Source of the DNA: Acidobacteriota bacterium
GTDB taxonomy: Bacteria; Acidobacteriota; UBA6911; RPQK01; JAJDTT01
NCBI GenBank assembly: GCA_965217775.1
Contig: CBDCJH010000002.1
Location: 2,848,001 to 2,912,000 of the forward strand
Length of the DNA: 64,000 bases
Direction: 5' to 3'
Part shown: positions 27,014 to 36,765 of the stretch, piece by piece
How the letters are laid out: each line of letters begins with the position of its first letter
How positions within the stretch are numbered: position 1 is the first letter of the stretch
The notes under the pieces: model-generated
The model's database searches: none
Told to the model about the DNA's origin: nothing
Seen by the model: the letters and a program-made list of their open reading frames with translations, nothing else
Translations under genes and position numbers: made by a program

Positions 27014-29428
27014 GAAAAGGGTCCAGAGCAGGTCTTCCACGCCTTCCGTATCCAGTGCTCCCTCGGATCCGGGATTCCCCAACAGGGAGAGGGCCAGCTT
27101 CCGCTCCGAAGCGGTTGGATCCCGGGTTAGGCAGTAGCGGTAGAGATAGGAGACCAGTTCGTCAGCCGAGAACTGCTGGGGAGGCTTGGCCACCGGCGGG
27201 TTTCCCTCCTCCCGGACCAGGCGGTCCCGGTCGGGCTCCCGATCGAAGACGAAGAAACGGACGCTGGGGTGGATGTCGCTCCCCAGGCTCTCCTCGTCCA
27301 CGCCCACAACGGCCCGAAAACGAGTGAATCCGCTCCCGTCCAGAGGAAAGACGATCTCGCCGGGTAGCCCGGTGACCAGTGCCTCGGAATAGGGATGGGG
27401 GGTTGTGTCGGCGACCGTCGTGGTGGTCCCGTCGTCAGCCGTGACTCGCCGGGTCGTCCGCTCCAGGAATCGGACCGGCCCCTTCTCGAATTTCTCCTCG
27501 ACCTGCAATTGGTGGAGTGGTGTGACTCCCCCGGGTCCCGCTAGTTCCGCCGCGGCCCAGGCCACTCGGACCCGCGAGGGGTCGTAGGAATCCATGTCGA
27601 TGGCCAGAAGCCGCAGCTCGCGGAACCCCTCGATGTCGATGTCGACCTCCACCTTTCCCCACCTCACGTCGCCGCTGTCGAAATGGTTCCGAGGAACCGG
27701 CCGGAGCTGCCCGGCCAATCTGGCGGCTCCCTGGCGGATCAGCCGGTTCAACTCATCTCCAAACGAGAGCTCCAGGGCCTGCAGGGTGCTGGATTCGTGG
27801 TTGCGCTCCAGCACAACTTGATCCCGAATGGGACGGCCCAGGAACCGGGTCAAGGGGCTGGACTTGAATCTCCAGGCACGGCTGGGCCGGCCCGGGTCGC
27901 CCGACGCGGAGCTCAGGACCTTCCACTCGCCGGTCACCGAGGAGACGCCGTCCAGAAACTGCTCCGCGGACAGACGCCTGGGGACGGGTCCCCCAAACGG
28001 CGCGGACGCGGACGGCTCCGCCGGCGGCGGGTCCTGGACCGAAGGCATCTGATAGGTCCGGGAAGTCAGGATCTGTGCCAGTAGCCTCCGGAGATCGTGG
28101 CCGTTCTCCACGAAGTCCCAAGCCAGCCAGTCCAGGAGATCGGGGGACCAGGCCGTGCTTTCCGGATCATCCATGGACTGCACCAGATTACGGCCCAGCA
28201 GCCGGCCCCAGATGCGATTCACCAGGGTTCGGGCGAAGCGGCCGTTGCGTGGCGAGGTGAAGAGTGACGCCGCCTGACGCCGCCGCTGCTCCAGGTCGCC
28301 GGCGGAAATCCCCCCCAACTCGGGGAAGATGAACCGGGGAGCCGCCGTCCGTCCCAGCGGGACGTCGCAGCGCACCAGCTCCAACTCCTCCTCGGCGAAG
28401 AGGCTGGCGAGGCCGTAGCTGTCGGACAACTTCCAGCGGTCCACGAAGCTGTCGTGGCAGGAGGCGCACTTCAGATTGACCCCCAGGAAGACGTGGGCGC
28501 TGTTTACCGCCGCCTGCATGGATCGGCTCTGGCTGGCGCTGATCTGGCCCCGCCAGTTGACTCCCACCAGAAACCCCCGGGGATCGTCCTCGGCCGCCGG
28601 GTCCAGGAGCGCCTGCACCAGGCGGTCGTAGGACAAATTCTCTTGGAGCGATTTCCGCAACCATTCCGAGATCGGTTCCCGTTCCCCGTGGTAGCGGACT
28701 CCTTCGTCGTTGCGCAGGAGGTCGTTCCAGTAACTCATCCAGTGCTCGGTGTAGCGGTCCGAATCCGCCAGCAGAACTCGGACCCGACGTTCCCGCTTCC
28801 CGTCGCTCTCTTCCCAGAGGAAGCTCTCGACTTCCTGGGGAGAGGGCAGGAGTCCCCAAAGATCCAGATGGACTCTCCTCAGGAAGACCCGGTCCGAGAC
28901 GGGCTGGGGAAAGGGTCTCCCCTGAGCCGAGAGAAACGCGGCCACGAAGCGATCGATGGGATTCTCAAGGTGCGCCGGCCCCTCCGGGACCCGGGGCCGG
29001 CGGGGCGCGAGCCGGGGCGTTGCCGCCGGGGGCGGCTGATCGGTGGGCCATCTCGCTCCCTGGTCGATCCAGCGCCGCAGTAGAGCCAGTTCCTGCGAAG
29101 CCAAGGGCTCTTCCCGGAAGGGCATCCGGGGCTCCTTGAGTCCGCTGACTCGTTGGAAGAGGAGGCTGTCCCCACTGGAACCGGGGACCAGAGCCGGTCC
29201 GCTGACGCCCCCCTTCAAGACGTCCGTCAGGGTCCGGAGAGAGAGCCCACCCTGCAGGAGTCGGCTATTGTGGCAGGAGTGGCACCGGTCATGGAGGATG
29301 GATTGGACTTGGCGGACATCCCCGGCCGAGCCGTCCTGACCCGGCGCCGGAATCTGGAACATGGCAGCGACCGCCAGTACGGCGGCGGTGGGCCGCCAGC
29401 GTCCGGTCTGTGTTCTCGGAGTCCGCAT
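26984..29428 (-). CDS. Planctomycete-type cytochrome c / DUF1549 / DUF1553 protein with an NPCBM-like insert
   Basis: Signal peptide, CHSCH, NPIDRF, CASCHD, RTLVNRIW; FRAVVGVD beta-domain. Confidence 0.85.
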   Translation of the reverse strand: MRTPRTQTGRWRPTAAVLAVAAMFQIPAPGQDGSAGDVRQVQSILHDRCHSCHNSRLLQGGLSLRTLTDVLKGGVSGPALVPGSSGDSLLFQRVSGLKEPRMPFREEPLASQELALLRRWIDQGARWPTDQPPPAATPRLAPRRPRVPEGPAHLENPIDRFVAAFLSAQGRPFPQPVSDRVFLRRVHLDLWGLLPSPQEVESFLWEESDGKRERRVRVLLADSDRYTEHWMSYWNDLLRNDEGVRYHGEREPISEWLRKSLQENLSYDRLVQALLDPAAEDDPRGFLVGVNWRGQISASQSRSMQAAVNSAHVFLGVNLKCASCHDSFVDRWKLSDSYGLASLFAEEELELVRCDVPLGRTAAPRFIFPELGGISAGDLEQRRRQAASLFTSPRNGRFARTLVNRIWGRLLGRNLVQSMDDPESTAWSPDLLDWLAWDFVENGHDLRRLLAQILTSRTYQMPSVQDPPPAEPSASAPFGGPVPRRLSAEQFLDGVSSVTGEWKVLSSASGDPGRPSRAWRFKSSPLTRFLGRPIRDQVVLERNHESSTLQALELSFGDELNRLIRQGAARLAGQLRPVPRNHFDSGDVRWGKVEVDIDIEGFRELRLLAIDMDSYDPSRVRVAWAAAELAGPGGVTPLHQLQVEEKFEKGPVRFLERTTRRVTADDGTTTTVADTTPHPYSEALVTGLPGEIVFPLDGSGFTRFRAVVGVDEESLGSDIHPSVRFFVFDREPDRDRLVREEGNPPVAKPPQQFSADELVSYLYRYCLTRDPTASERKLALSLLGNPGSEGALDTEGVEDLLWTLFLSPEFQTIR

Positions 29429-29505
29429 TTCCCCGGATCAGTCTACTACGGCCACAGTGCCGGTTGAAAAGACCCGGCGTTACGCGTGTACTGGCGCCCG
29501 GGAGG

Positions 29506-30762
29506 CTAACCCGCAACCCGTTCCAGACTGCGAACCAGCGACTGTTCCAGGAGACGGTAGTAGCAGGGAAAGCACTCTGCCGCATCCTGGAAGAGCCGCC
29601 GCAGATCCGGGTCTTGTGGAGTCCGGGAGGAGAGATCCGCCATGAACGCCATGGCCTCCGCCTGAACGGGATCCACGTCGATCTCCAGCCGGCGGAGGCA
29701 TTCCGCGGGACTCAGGCCGCCCTGCCCCAGAATGGTCCGGATGCTGCTGAAGATCCCGTGATTCAGTCTGCGGGCCCATTTCAGTTCGATGGCCATCAGC
29801 TCCCGGACCTCGAAGTGCCGGGGAGCATTGACGTAGAAGTGGTAGCGGCCGGCCCGGATCCGCACGAAACGCACGTTCTCGATGAGGCTGGAAAGGGGGT
29901 CGGAGACCATTGCCGACAGACTCTCCTTCAGGATTCCCGCGTCCGATGTTGCAGGGAGCCGAAGGTGGCGGATCGACTCGCGCACCGGGTCGCGCAACTC
30001 GGCGAAGGCCGCGAACAGGAACTCTTCGAATTCACGGAGCCGCCGCGGGTGGTCCAACTCCCGAGTCTCGTAGTGGCTGTCGACCTGGTGCAGTACCGCC
30101 TCCACCGCCGCCGTGACGTGGCCCGCTCTCCGGAGCCAGTTCAGCCCCCGGCGTTTGCCGGAGAGATTGCGCTTCGCCAGCAGGGAGGCCGCCGACAGCA
30201 TGGGAGGCGCGAAGTAGTGCCAGCAGCGGGAGTGGAGCGGGTATTTGGGCTCGAAGCGGCCCAGGTTGATGGGGGGATCGATACCCTGGATGTAGGGGGA
30301 GTAGTAGCCCAGGAAACGGCTGAGATGGTAGTGCTCGTCCAACCGGTCGAAGGGTCTCCGGCGGATCCGGCGTTCCAGTTCCCGATACCACTCCTCTTCT
30401 CCCCACCAGACGGACCAGGCGGCGTACTCGGGGTTGTGGAAGCGACGGTCCATGGCCTCGCCGACGGTGAGGCCGGCGCCGGCGGTGTGCTCGTTGATCC
30501 GGTTCCATTCCGGGTGGGTGCGGACCATCTCCAGATGGATCTCGCCCACCGCGCGATCCACCACGACCCAGTCTTCGGCCGTGGTCCCGTCGTCGCAGAT
30601 GACCCGAAAGTCGAGGTCGCTCAGACCCGGAACCAGATCGCCTTTCTGCCACTTGGCCACCAGGGCGACCAGATGGGGCGTCCGCCGGCGTAACCCGTCC
30701 CCGAGGGTCCGGCTGACCGACTCGAAATCGGAGCGGAGTTGTTCCAGCGACGATGTGTCCAC
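29506..30762 (-). CDS. Hypothetical protein with a nucleotidyltransferase-like motif
   Basis: KWQKGDLVPGLSDLDFRVI resembles the pol-beta NTase G-x-SDxD signature but lacks the usual GS; last gene of the operon. Confidence 0.5.
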   Translation of the reverse strand: MDTSSLEQLRSDFESVSRTLGDGLRRRTPHLVALVAKWQKGDLVPGLSDLDFRVICDDGTTAEDWVVVDRAVGEIHLEMVRTHPEWNRINEHTAGAGLTVGEAMDRRFHNPEYAAWSVWWGEEEWYRELERRIRRRPFDRLDEHYHLSRFLGYYSPYIQGIDPPINLGRFEPKYPLHSRCWHYFAPPMLSAASLLAKRNLSGKRRGLNWLRRAGHVTAAVEAVLHQVDSHYETRELDHPRRLREFEEFLFAAFAELRDPVRESIRHLRLPATSDAGILKESLSAMVSDPLSSLIENVRFVRIRAGRYHFYVNAPRHFEVRELMAIELKWARRLNHGIFSSIRTILGQGGLSPAECLRRLEIDVDPVQAEAMAFMADLSSRTPQDPDLRRLFQDAAECFPCYYRLLEQSLVRSLERVAG

Positions 30763-30766
30763 GGGT

Positions 30767-31768
30767 TCAGTCCAGCGCGGTCCAGGCTCCCTGCCGGGCG
30801 GATCGGAAGATGGCGTCCATGATTCGAGTGGCCTGGAGACCGTCCTCGCCGGTAAAACGGGGCGGCCGGTCTTCCACTACGGACCGGGCGAAGTCGTCCA
30901 CCACGGGACCGTGCGCGTTTTCCGGGTTGGGCACGTGGCGCTGCTCCACGTCGCGCCCCACCGTAAGGGTCACCGTCCCGCCGTCGCACGGATGGAGGGT
31001 GAGCCTGGCCTCGGTTCCCACCAGGTGAATCTCGTCGGTCCAGGTCCGGCTGTTCCAGTTGAATGAGAGGGTGCCGGCCGGACCGCCTTCCCATTCCAGA
31101 AGCGCGGTGACCGAATCCTCAGCCGGGTACTCATGGGTCAGGGTCATGACCCGGGACACCAGCTTATCGGGCAGGCCCAGCCACCAGGCCAGCAGATCCA
31201 GACGATGACATCCCACGTCGCCGAGCACTCCCCCGCCCGATTTGGATGGAGTGACCCTCCAATCCCCAGCTTCCCCGCCCCGTCCCGGATACCAACTGTG
31301 CAGCGCGATCCGGATCAGGACCAACTCTCCCAGCTCGCCCCGGTCCAGCATCTCCTTGACCAGTTGAAAGCGGGGCCAGAAGCGGCGGTAGTAGGCCACC
31401 GCCAACCGGCGGCTCCGGACCCGGGCGACCCGGCACATCTCCCTGGCCTGCAGGAGATCCAGGGCCATGGGCTTCTCCACCAGGACGTCCTTCCCCGCCT
31501 CCAAGGCCGCAATAGCCTGGGGAGCGTGCAGAAAGACCGGCGTGGCCAGGTAGACGGCGTCGACGGACTCGTCCTCCAGCATCTCCTCGAAGCGGGCGTG
31601 GACCGCCTCCGGAGCCAGCGCCTGCAACTCCGGGGCCCGGGCCTTTGGGTCCCGGCTGACCAGGCTGTGGAGGGTACTGCCGGGTTGAGACCGGATGGCG
31701 GCGGCGAGCCGCTTTCGAGCCAGGTCTCCCGACCCCACCAGAGCCCAGCGAACCTTGCGCGTCGTCAT
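30767..31768 (-). CDS. Gfo/Idh/MocA family oxidoreductase
   Basis: VGSGDLA, AVYLATP..H, VLVEKPMA, GGGVLGDVGCH. Confidence 0.9.
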   Translation of the reverse strand: MTTRKVRWALVGSGDLARKRLAAAIRSQPGSTLHSLVSRDPKARAPELQALAPEAVHARFEEMLEDESVDAVYLATPVFLHAPQAIAALEAGKDVLVEKPMALDLLQAREMCRVARVRSRRLAVAYYRRFWPRFQLVKEMLDRGELGELVLIRIALHSWYPGRGGEAGDWRVTPSKSGGGVLGDVGCHRLDLLAWWLGLPDKLVSRVMTLTHEYPAEDSVTALLEWEGGPAGTLSFNWNSRTWTDEIHLVGTEARLTLHPCDGGTVTLTVGRDVEQRHVPNPENAHGPVVDDFARSVVEDRPPRFTGEDGLQATRIMDAIFRSARQGAWTALD

Positions 31769-32940
31769 GCGGCTTCCAGCAGACTCTGCTTCAAGGCCCA
31801 GGCCAGGTAGGCGCAGTCTTCGGTCGTGGTCTGGGGAAAGAGGGGGAGGCTGAACACCTGCTTTCCGGCCAGCGCAGCCACGGGACAGCCGGCCGCAGCC
31901 TCACTGTAGCCCAGTCGCGCGAGAACGTCCCAGTTCCAGACCGGCGGGTAATGGATGCCGCAGCCGACCCGGTACTTCCGCTTGAGCGTTCTCAGAAAAG
32001 CCTCCCGGCCGAACGGCACCCGTCCGGTGTCCAAGCGGCACACATAGAGGTGACACCCGTGGCCCGGCCCGATCCCGGCGGGCCGGATGATCTCCTCCAC
32101 CCCTTCCAATTGCCGGTGCATCTCGCGGAAGACCTCAAGGCGGCGGGCCACGACCTGATCGATCTTCCGGAGTTGCGAGATTCCCACCGCCGCCTGGACC
32201 TTGGTCATCCGGTAGTTGAATCCGACCGTGACCACCCGTGTCTCCTTGCCGTAGACATAGCCGAAGGTCTTCATCCGCCGGACGCTCTCGGCGAACTCCT
32301 CGTCGTCCGTCGTCACGGCGCCCCCTTCCCCCAGGGTCGTCATGTTCTTGTTGGACTGGAAACTGTAGCAGCTCGCCTGGCCGAGGCCGCCGATGGGCCG
32401 GCCCCGCCACTTGGTGGAGACGGCGTGGGCGGCGTCGTAGACGACCGGCACACCGGTTTCGCGGGTGAGCCGCTCGAAGGCGCCGCAGTCCGCGGCCAGG
32501 CCGGCAAAGTGAACGGGGATCACGGCCCGCGTCCGTTCGGTCATGCGGCGGCGCACCTGGTCCGGATCCAGGCAGAGCGTCTCCGGGTCCACGTCGGCCA
32601 GGACCACGTCGGCGCCTCGGGCCAAGGCGCAGGTGGCGGTGCAGACGAAGGTGAGCGGGGTGGTGATCACCTCGTCTCCCGGTCCCACTCCCAGGGCCAT
32701 CATGCAGAGATCCAGGGCGGTGCCGCAGCTGTTGACCGCAACCGCCTTGGCGCCCCCCTCGTGGCGGGCGAAGGCGTTCTGAAAATCCACCTCCTCGGGA
32801 AGGGGAAAGAAGCTTCCATCCCCCTCCGCCGCCGCTTGGAGAACCTCCAGCGCCGCCTGGATGTCGTCCTGATCGTAAAGTCCACCCATGGATCCGAAGG
32901 GGATCTCTCGAATGGGATAGGAGGTTTCGCCGAAACCCAT
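31765..32940 (-). CDS. DegT/DnrJ/EryC1/StrS PLP aminotransferase
   Basis: VNSCGTAL, GPGDEVI, PVHFAG, YDAAHA, YSFQSNKNMTTLGEGG, GFNYRM; start MGFGE at 32940 overlaps the upstream stop. Confidence 0.9.
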   Translation of the reverse strand: MGFGETSYPIREIPFGSMGGLYDQDDIQAALEVLQAAAEGDGSFFPLPEEVDFQNAFARHEGGAKAVAVNSCGTALDLCMMALGVGPGDEVITTPLTFVCTATCALARGADVVLADVDPETLCLDPDQVRRRMTERTRAVIPVHFAGLAADCGAFERLTRETGVPVVYDAAHAVSTKWRGRPIGGLGQASCYSFQSNKNMTTLGEGGAVTTDDEEFAESVRRMKTFGYVYGKETRVVTVGFNYRMTKVQAAVGISQLRKIDQVVARRLEVFREMHRQLEGVEEIIRPAGIGPGHGCHLYVCRLDTGRVPFGREAFLRTLKRKYRVGCGIHYPPVWNWDVLARLGYSEAAAGCPVAALAGKQVFSLPLFPQTTTEDCAYLAWALKQSLLEAA

Positions 32941-33830
32941 CAAAGGACCTCTTCCCCGGGTCGGGCGGAGGCACGGCGATGAGCCCTGGCCGCCGCGCCA
33001 ATGGTCGAGGGAATCAGATCGAGCCCTTTCCGGTCCGCCAGTTGTCCCAGGTCGCGGATCATCTGCCGCAGGGTCTGACGGCGAAAATCCGCGGGGTCCG
33101 AATAGTCGAAGATGTTGTGGGTCAGGACCACCACGGTTCGGACCAGACCGGAAGGACGAGCCTGCTCTCGTGACAGAATCTTGTCGATCATGTAGCGGTG
33201 GTTCTTGGCGTCGAACAGCTCCACCCGCAGATCCTGAGGATGGCCTCCGGACCAGAGCATGGAGTCGGGATCGGTGGTCACCGGAACTTCCACCAGGTCC
33301 ATGTCTCCCTCCAGGAGCCGGTTCGCGCGGTGAGCCGAGTGGACGCTCAAGGGGGCATTGACCCAGTTGCTTCTGAGCCCGGGCAGGTTTCGTCCCGGCA
33401 TGGAATGGGAGCAACTGGTGAACCCCAACTCCTGGGTCACCGGGAAAGTGGAGTCGTTCGCCGAGCAGTTCCCGGTTCGAAAGGTTTCCGGGACGAAGCC
33501 GACCGCTTCGGCAAACTGCTCCAGGGCGCGGCCGTACATGGCCTGCTGCTCCTCGGCCGTGTAGGCCCCGCAATAGTCCTCGTAGCCCTCCTCCTGGGGA
33601 TGGAAGTGAAGACCGATCTGGAGCCCGTTTCCGGCCAGCTCCCTCAGCAGCGCAGGATACGCCCGGGCGTCACCCGGCACCACGAACAGGGTCCCGGCGC
33701 AACCATTCTCCAGCAACAGGTCGCTGAACCCGCGAAGAGAGCGGACACCCAAGGCGGTATCGTCGATGGCCTTTTGGGTCGCCTCGCAGTCGATGGTCCA
33801 ACAGACGTGAATCGGGTTGCGGACGGTCAT
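32940..33830 (-). CDS. Polysaccharide deacetylase (NodB/CE4-like)
   Basis: WTIDCE, TLFV, IGLHFHP, FRTGN, VVLTHN. Confidence 0.7.
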   Translation of the reverse strand: MTVRNPIHVCWTIDCEATQKAIDDTALGVRSLRGFSDLLLENGCAGTLFVVPGDARAYPALLRELAGNGLQIGLHFHPQEEGYEDYCGAYTAEEQQAMYGRALEQFAEAVGFVPETFRTGNCSANDSTFPVTQELGFTSCSHSMPGRNLPGLRSNWVNAPLSVHSAHRANRLLEGDMDLVEVPVTTDPDSMLWSGGHPQDLRVELFDAKNHRYMIDKILSREQARPSGLVRTVVVLTHNIFDYSDPADFRRQTLRQMIRDLGQLADRKGLDLIPSTIGAAARAHRRASARPGEEVL

Positions 33831-33932
33831 GGGAGAATTCTGCTGCTGAGGCCGCGACAGTCTATTACGGCGGCGAAGAGGGGATCAAGAGAGTTGGAGG
33901 GAGGAGGATAGGAGGGGGGACTTGTAGTCCCC

Positions 33933-34721
33933 CTAACCCCCCCTGGCCGGCGGCAAGAAAGCCGCCGCTTCTGCAAGCTCCGGCAGAATCCGGTTCACGT
34001 CCCCCTCGATCTTCAGATCGGCGATGGTGTCGTGTGCCGTGGAACCCCGATTGATGATGGCGTAGAAGGCGCCGCGCTGCTGGGCCGCTCGAGGCACCGA
34101 GGCCGCCGGTTCCACCTCCAGTGTGGATCCGATGGAGCAGACCACCTGAGCCCGGCCGGCCGCCTCAAAAGCCTGTTCCAACTTGTCCCGGGGCATGGCT
34201 TGGCCGAAGGAGACCGTCGCCGGTTTCAGGAAGCCTCCGCACGAGCACCGAGGGGGATCTCCGGTTTGCGCAAACTCCGAATAGACCGGGTCCGGGTCTC
34301 GACGGCTGCCACAGCCGATGCATTCCACCATCCGATTCGTTCCATGCAACTCGATGACTCTTCCCGGAGGATGCCCGGCCAACTGATGCAAGCCGTCGAT
34401 GTTCTGGGTGACCAGGGCATCGAGACGTCCCTGCCGGTCCAGACGGGAAAGCGCACGATGGGCCGCGTTGGGCTTGGCGTCGCGGAACCCCTCCCAGCCC
34501 TCCAACTTGTACTGCCAGTGCCGGACCCGGGCCTCATGAGAAACCAGGAACTCCTGGTAGTAGACCGGTGTCCATTTCTTCCAGACGCCCTGGGGTCCCC
34601 GGAAGTCAGGGATCCCGGATCCCGTGGAGACGCCCGCTCCCGTGAAGACGAGGAAGCGTGGCCGCCCCCGCAGCCGATCCACCAACGGAGTCAATTCCGG
34701 AAGAGTCCCTTTCACCGACAC
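33933..34721 (-). CDS. Sir2-family NAD-dependent protein deacylase
   Basis: TGAGVSTGSGIPDFRG, TQNIDGLHQ, ELHG, CIGC..CSC zinc site, GSTL. Confidence 0.92.
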   Translation of the reverse strand: MSVKGTLPELTPLVDRLRGRPRFLVFTGAGVSTGSGIPDFRGPQGVWKKWTPVYYQEFLVSHEARVRHWQYKLEGWEGFRDAKPNAAHRALSRLDRQGRLDALVTQNIDGLHQLAGHPPGRVIELHGTNRMVECIGCGSRRDPDPVYSEFAQTGDPPRCSCGGFLKPATVSFGQAMPRDKLEQAFEAAGRAQVVCSIGSTLEVEPAASVPRAAQQRGAFYAIINRGSTAHDTIADLKIEGDVNRILPELAEAAAFLPPARGG

Positions 34722-34735
34722 CCCTCTTTACCTCC

Positions 34736-35641
34736 TCACAACGGGTCCAGGACGATCGAAGGCTGAATCGTCCCGGCGTCGGTTTCACCGAGCGCCACCA
34801 GACGGCCGCCATGGAAGATCCGGCACCAGCCCTCGGGAAGTTGGAGACCGACCTCGATCTTGCCTCCGTGACGGACCCGCCTCCCCTCGGCATCCCCCAA
34901 CTCGACCAGGGGAAGCTCCGGAAGCAGCTTCTCCAAGGGGAAATGGGCACGGTCCCATTCCTGCATCATCCGTTCGGGCGATATCGCCTGAGCCAGATCG
35001 AAGGCGCCGGAGCGAGTCCGTCTCAGACTCTCCAGAAAAGCGCCGCAGCCGACCGCCTCGCCCAGGTCGTGCGCCAGCGTCCGGATGTAGGTTCCGGCGG
35101 AACAGTGGACCTGAAGCGTCCACTCGTCCCGCTTCCGATCCAGCAACTCGATTCCATGAATCCTGACCTGGCGGAGGGGAGGCTCTCCCCGCTGCCTGCT
35201 CCGGGCCAGTTCGTAGAGCCGCCGGCCCTGGACCCGAACGGCCGAATAGAGAGGCGGACGCTGGGGGATTTCGCCCACGAATCGATCCAGAAACTCCCGG
35301 ACCTCCCGGGTCGAGAGTTCGGGAACCGCAACCTCCCGGACCACGGCTCCCTCCCGGTCGTAGGTCTCGGTCGTCCGTCCCAGACCGATCCGGGCCAGAT
35401 ACTCCTTGTCCTGGTTCTGGTAGAAACGGCTCAGGCGAGTCGCCTTTCCCAGCACCAGGGGAAGGACCCCGGTCGCCAGGGGATCCAGTGTGCCGGTGTG
35501 TCCTGCCCGCGTTCCGAGCGAGCGCCGCGCCGACTCCACGATGTCGTGGGACGTGGGGCCCTCCGGCTTGTCGATGACCAGAACACCGTGCGGAGCAGGA
35601 CCGCGCGGGCCGGTTCGAGAGCGGTCGGCCGCATTGCTCAC
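34736..35641 (-). CDS. truB: tRNA pseudouridine(55) synthase
   Basis: IDKPEGPTSHD, GHTGTLDPLATGVL, PPLYSA, CSAGTYIRTL; GTG start inferred at 35641. Confidence 0.93.
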   Translation of the reverse strand: MSNAADRSRTGPRGPAPHGVLVIDKPEGPTSHDIVESARRSLGTRAGHTGTLDPLATGVLPLVLGKATRLSRFYQNQDKEYLARIGLGRTTETYDREGAVVREVAVPELSTREVREFLDRFVGEIPQRPPLYSAVRVQGRRLYELARSRQRGEPPLRQVRIHGIELLDRKRDEWTLQVHCSAGTYIRTLAHDLGEAVGCGAFLESLRRTRSGAFDLAQAISPERMMQEWDRAHFPLEKLLPELPLVELGDAEGRRVRHGGKIEVGLQLPEGWCRIFHGGRLVALGETDAGTIQPSIVLDPL

Positions 35642-35670
35642 GGCTCCACGCCGCCGGGCCCGCCGTCTGC

Positions 35671-36645
35671 TCAAGATGCCGGGGATCCTTGGTCGACAGG
35701 GTCCAGCAACTGCTCCAGGCGGCCCAGAACTTCTGCGGACACACGGCCGGTGCCGCCCTTCATTCTCAAGCCGGCCGCATTTCGGTGCCCTCCACCACCC
35801 AGACGGGACGCCACGAACCCGACGTCGTAGTCTCCCTTGGAACGCAGGCTTACCCGTACCTGACCGTTCTTGTCCTGACGGACCAGGGCCGCCATCCGGA
35901 TGCCTTCGAGACCCAGGGCATGGTTCACCAGACCCTCCGCATCCTCTTCGGTGGCTCCGGCTTCGCTCAACATGGCTGGCGTCAGGTAGATCGAGGCGAT
36001 CCTCCCGGAGGGATGGATCTCCAACGTGTCCAGGACTTTGACCAGCAGGCCCACTCGGGATCGCGGCTGGTTCATGTAGACCTGTTGGGCGATCCAGCCC
36101 GGATCCGCCCCCGCTTCGGTCAACCGGGCAGCCGCCTGGAAGGTCCCGGCATGGGTGCTGGAATAACGAAACGAGCCGGTATCGGTCAGAATCGCCACAT
36201 AGAGATTGGTGGCGATTTCGGGGGTGACGGCCACCTCCAGTTCCAGCAGGAGCCGGTAGACCATTTCGGCGACGGCGGCGGCTCCCGAGTCCACCCAGTT
36301 GAAGGTCCCGAAAGGTTCGGTGCGGGCGTGGTGATCGATGTTGACCACCGGATAGCGATCCAGGTTCCGGACCCCGGGACGGCTCAGGTCGTTGCACTCC
36401 AGGACGTAGACGGCCTCCCAACTCCCTTCCAAGCGGTGGACGGTCCGAACTTTTTCGGCGCCCGGCAGCCAGCGGTAGATCCGCGGCACCGGGTCCGCGT
36501 TGACGATGGTGACCGTCTTCCCAAGAGCCTCCAGGGCCAGTCCCAATCCCAGCTCCGACCCGATGGAATCCCCGTCCGGGCGAGCGTGGGAGGTGACGGC
36601 GAAGCGATGGTGATCCCGGGTGAAACGGACGATTTCGTCAAGCAT
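35671..36645 (-). CDS. nrnA: DHH/DHHA1 phosphoesterase (NrnA-like)
   Basis: SHARPDGDSIGS, NIDHH, TDTGSF, SLRS, GGGGHRNAAG. Confidence 0.88.
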   Translation of the reverse strand: MLDEIVRFTRDHHRFAVTSHARPDGDSIGSELGLGLALEALGKTVTIVNADPVPRIYRWLPGAEKVRTVHRLEGSWEAVYVLECNDLSRPGVRNLDRYPVVNIDHHARTEPFGTFNWVDSGAAAVAEMVYRLLLELEVAVTPEIATNLYVAILTDTGSFRYSSTHAGTFQAAARLTEAGADPGWIAQQVYMNQPRSRVGLLVKVLDTLEIHPSGRIASIYLTPAMLSEAGATEEDAEGLVNHALGLEGIRMAALVRQDKNGQVRVSLRSKGDYDVGFVASRLGGGGHRNAAGLRMKGGTGRVSAEVLGRLEQLLDPVDQGSPAS

Positions 36646-36765
36646 GGCGCCGAGCCTTGGTTGCGACGCACCGAAGCTGTGGGTTCGGTGAACGCATCGG
36701 AAATGCGGGGAGAGCATACGCGAGGTGTGTGACCGCGGAAGGAGACCGGCGACGGGGATCAACCG

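Noticed and set aside
34736-36421. Long N-terminal extensions of TruB (561 aa) and the DegT protein (602 aa)
   Set aside because: The extensions overlap the upstream genes in another frame; family homology starts near 35641 and 32940
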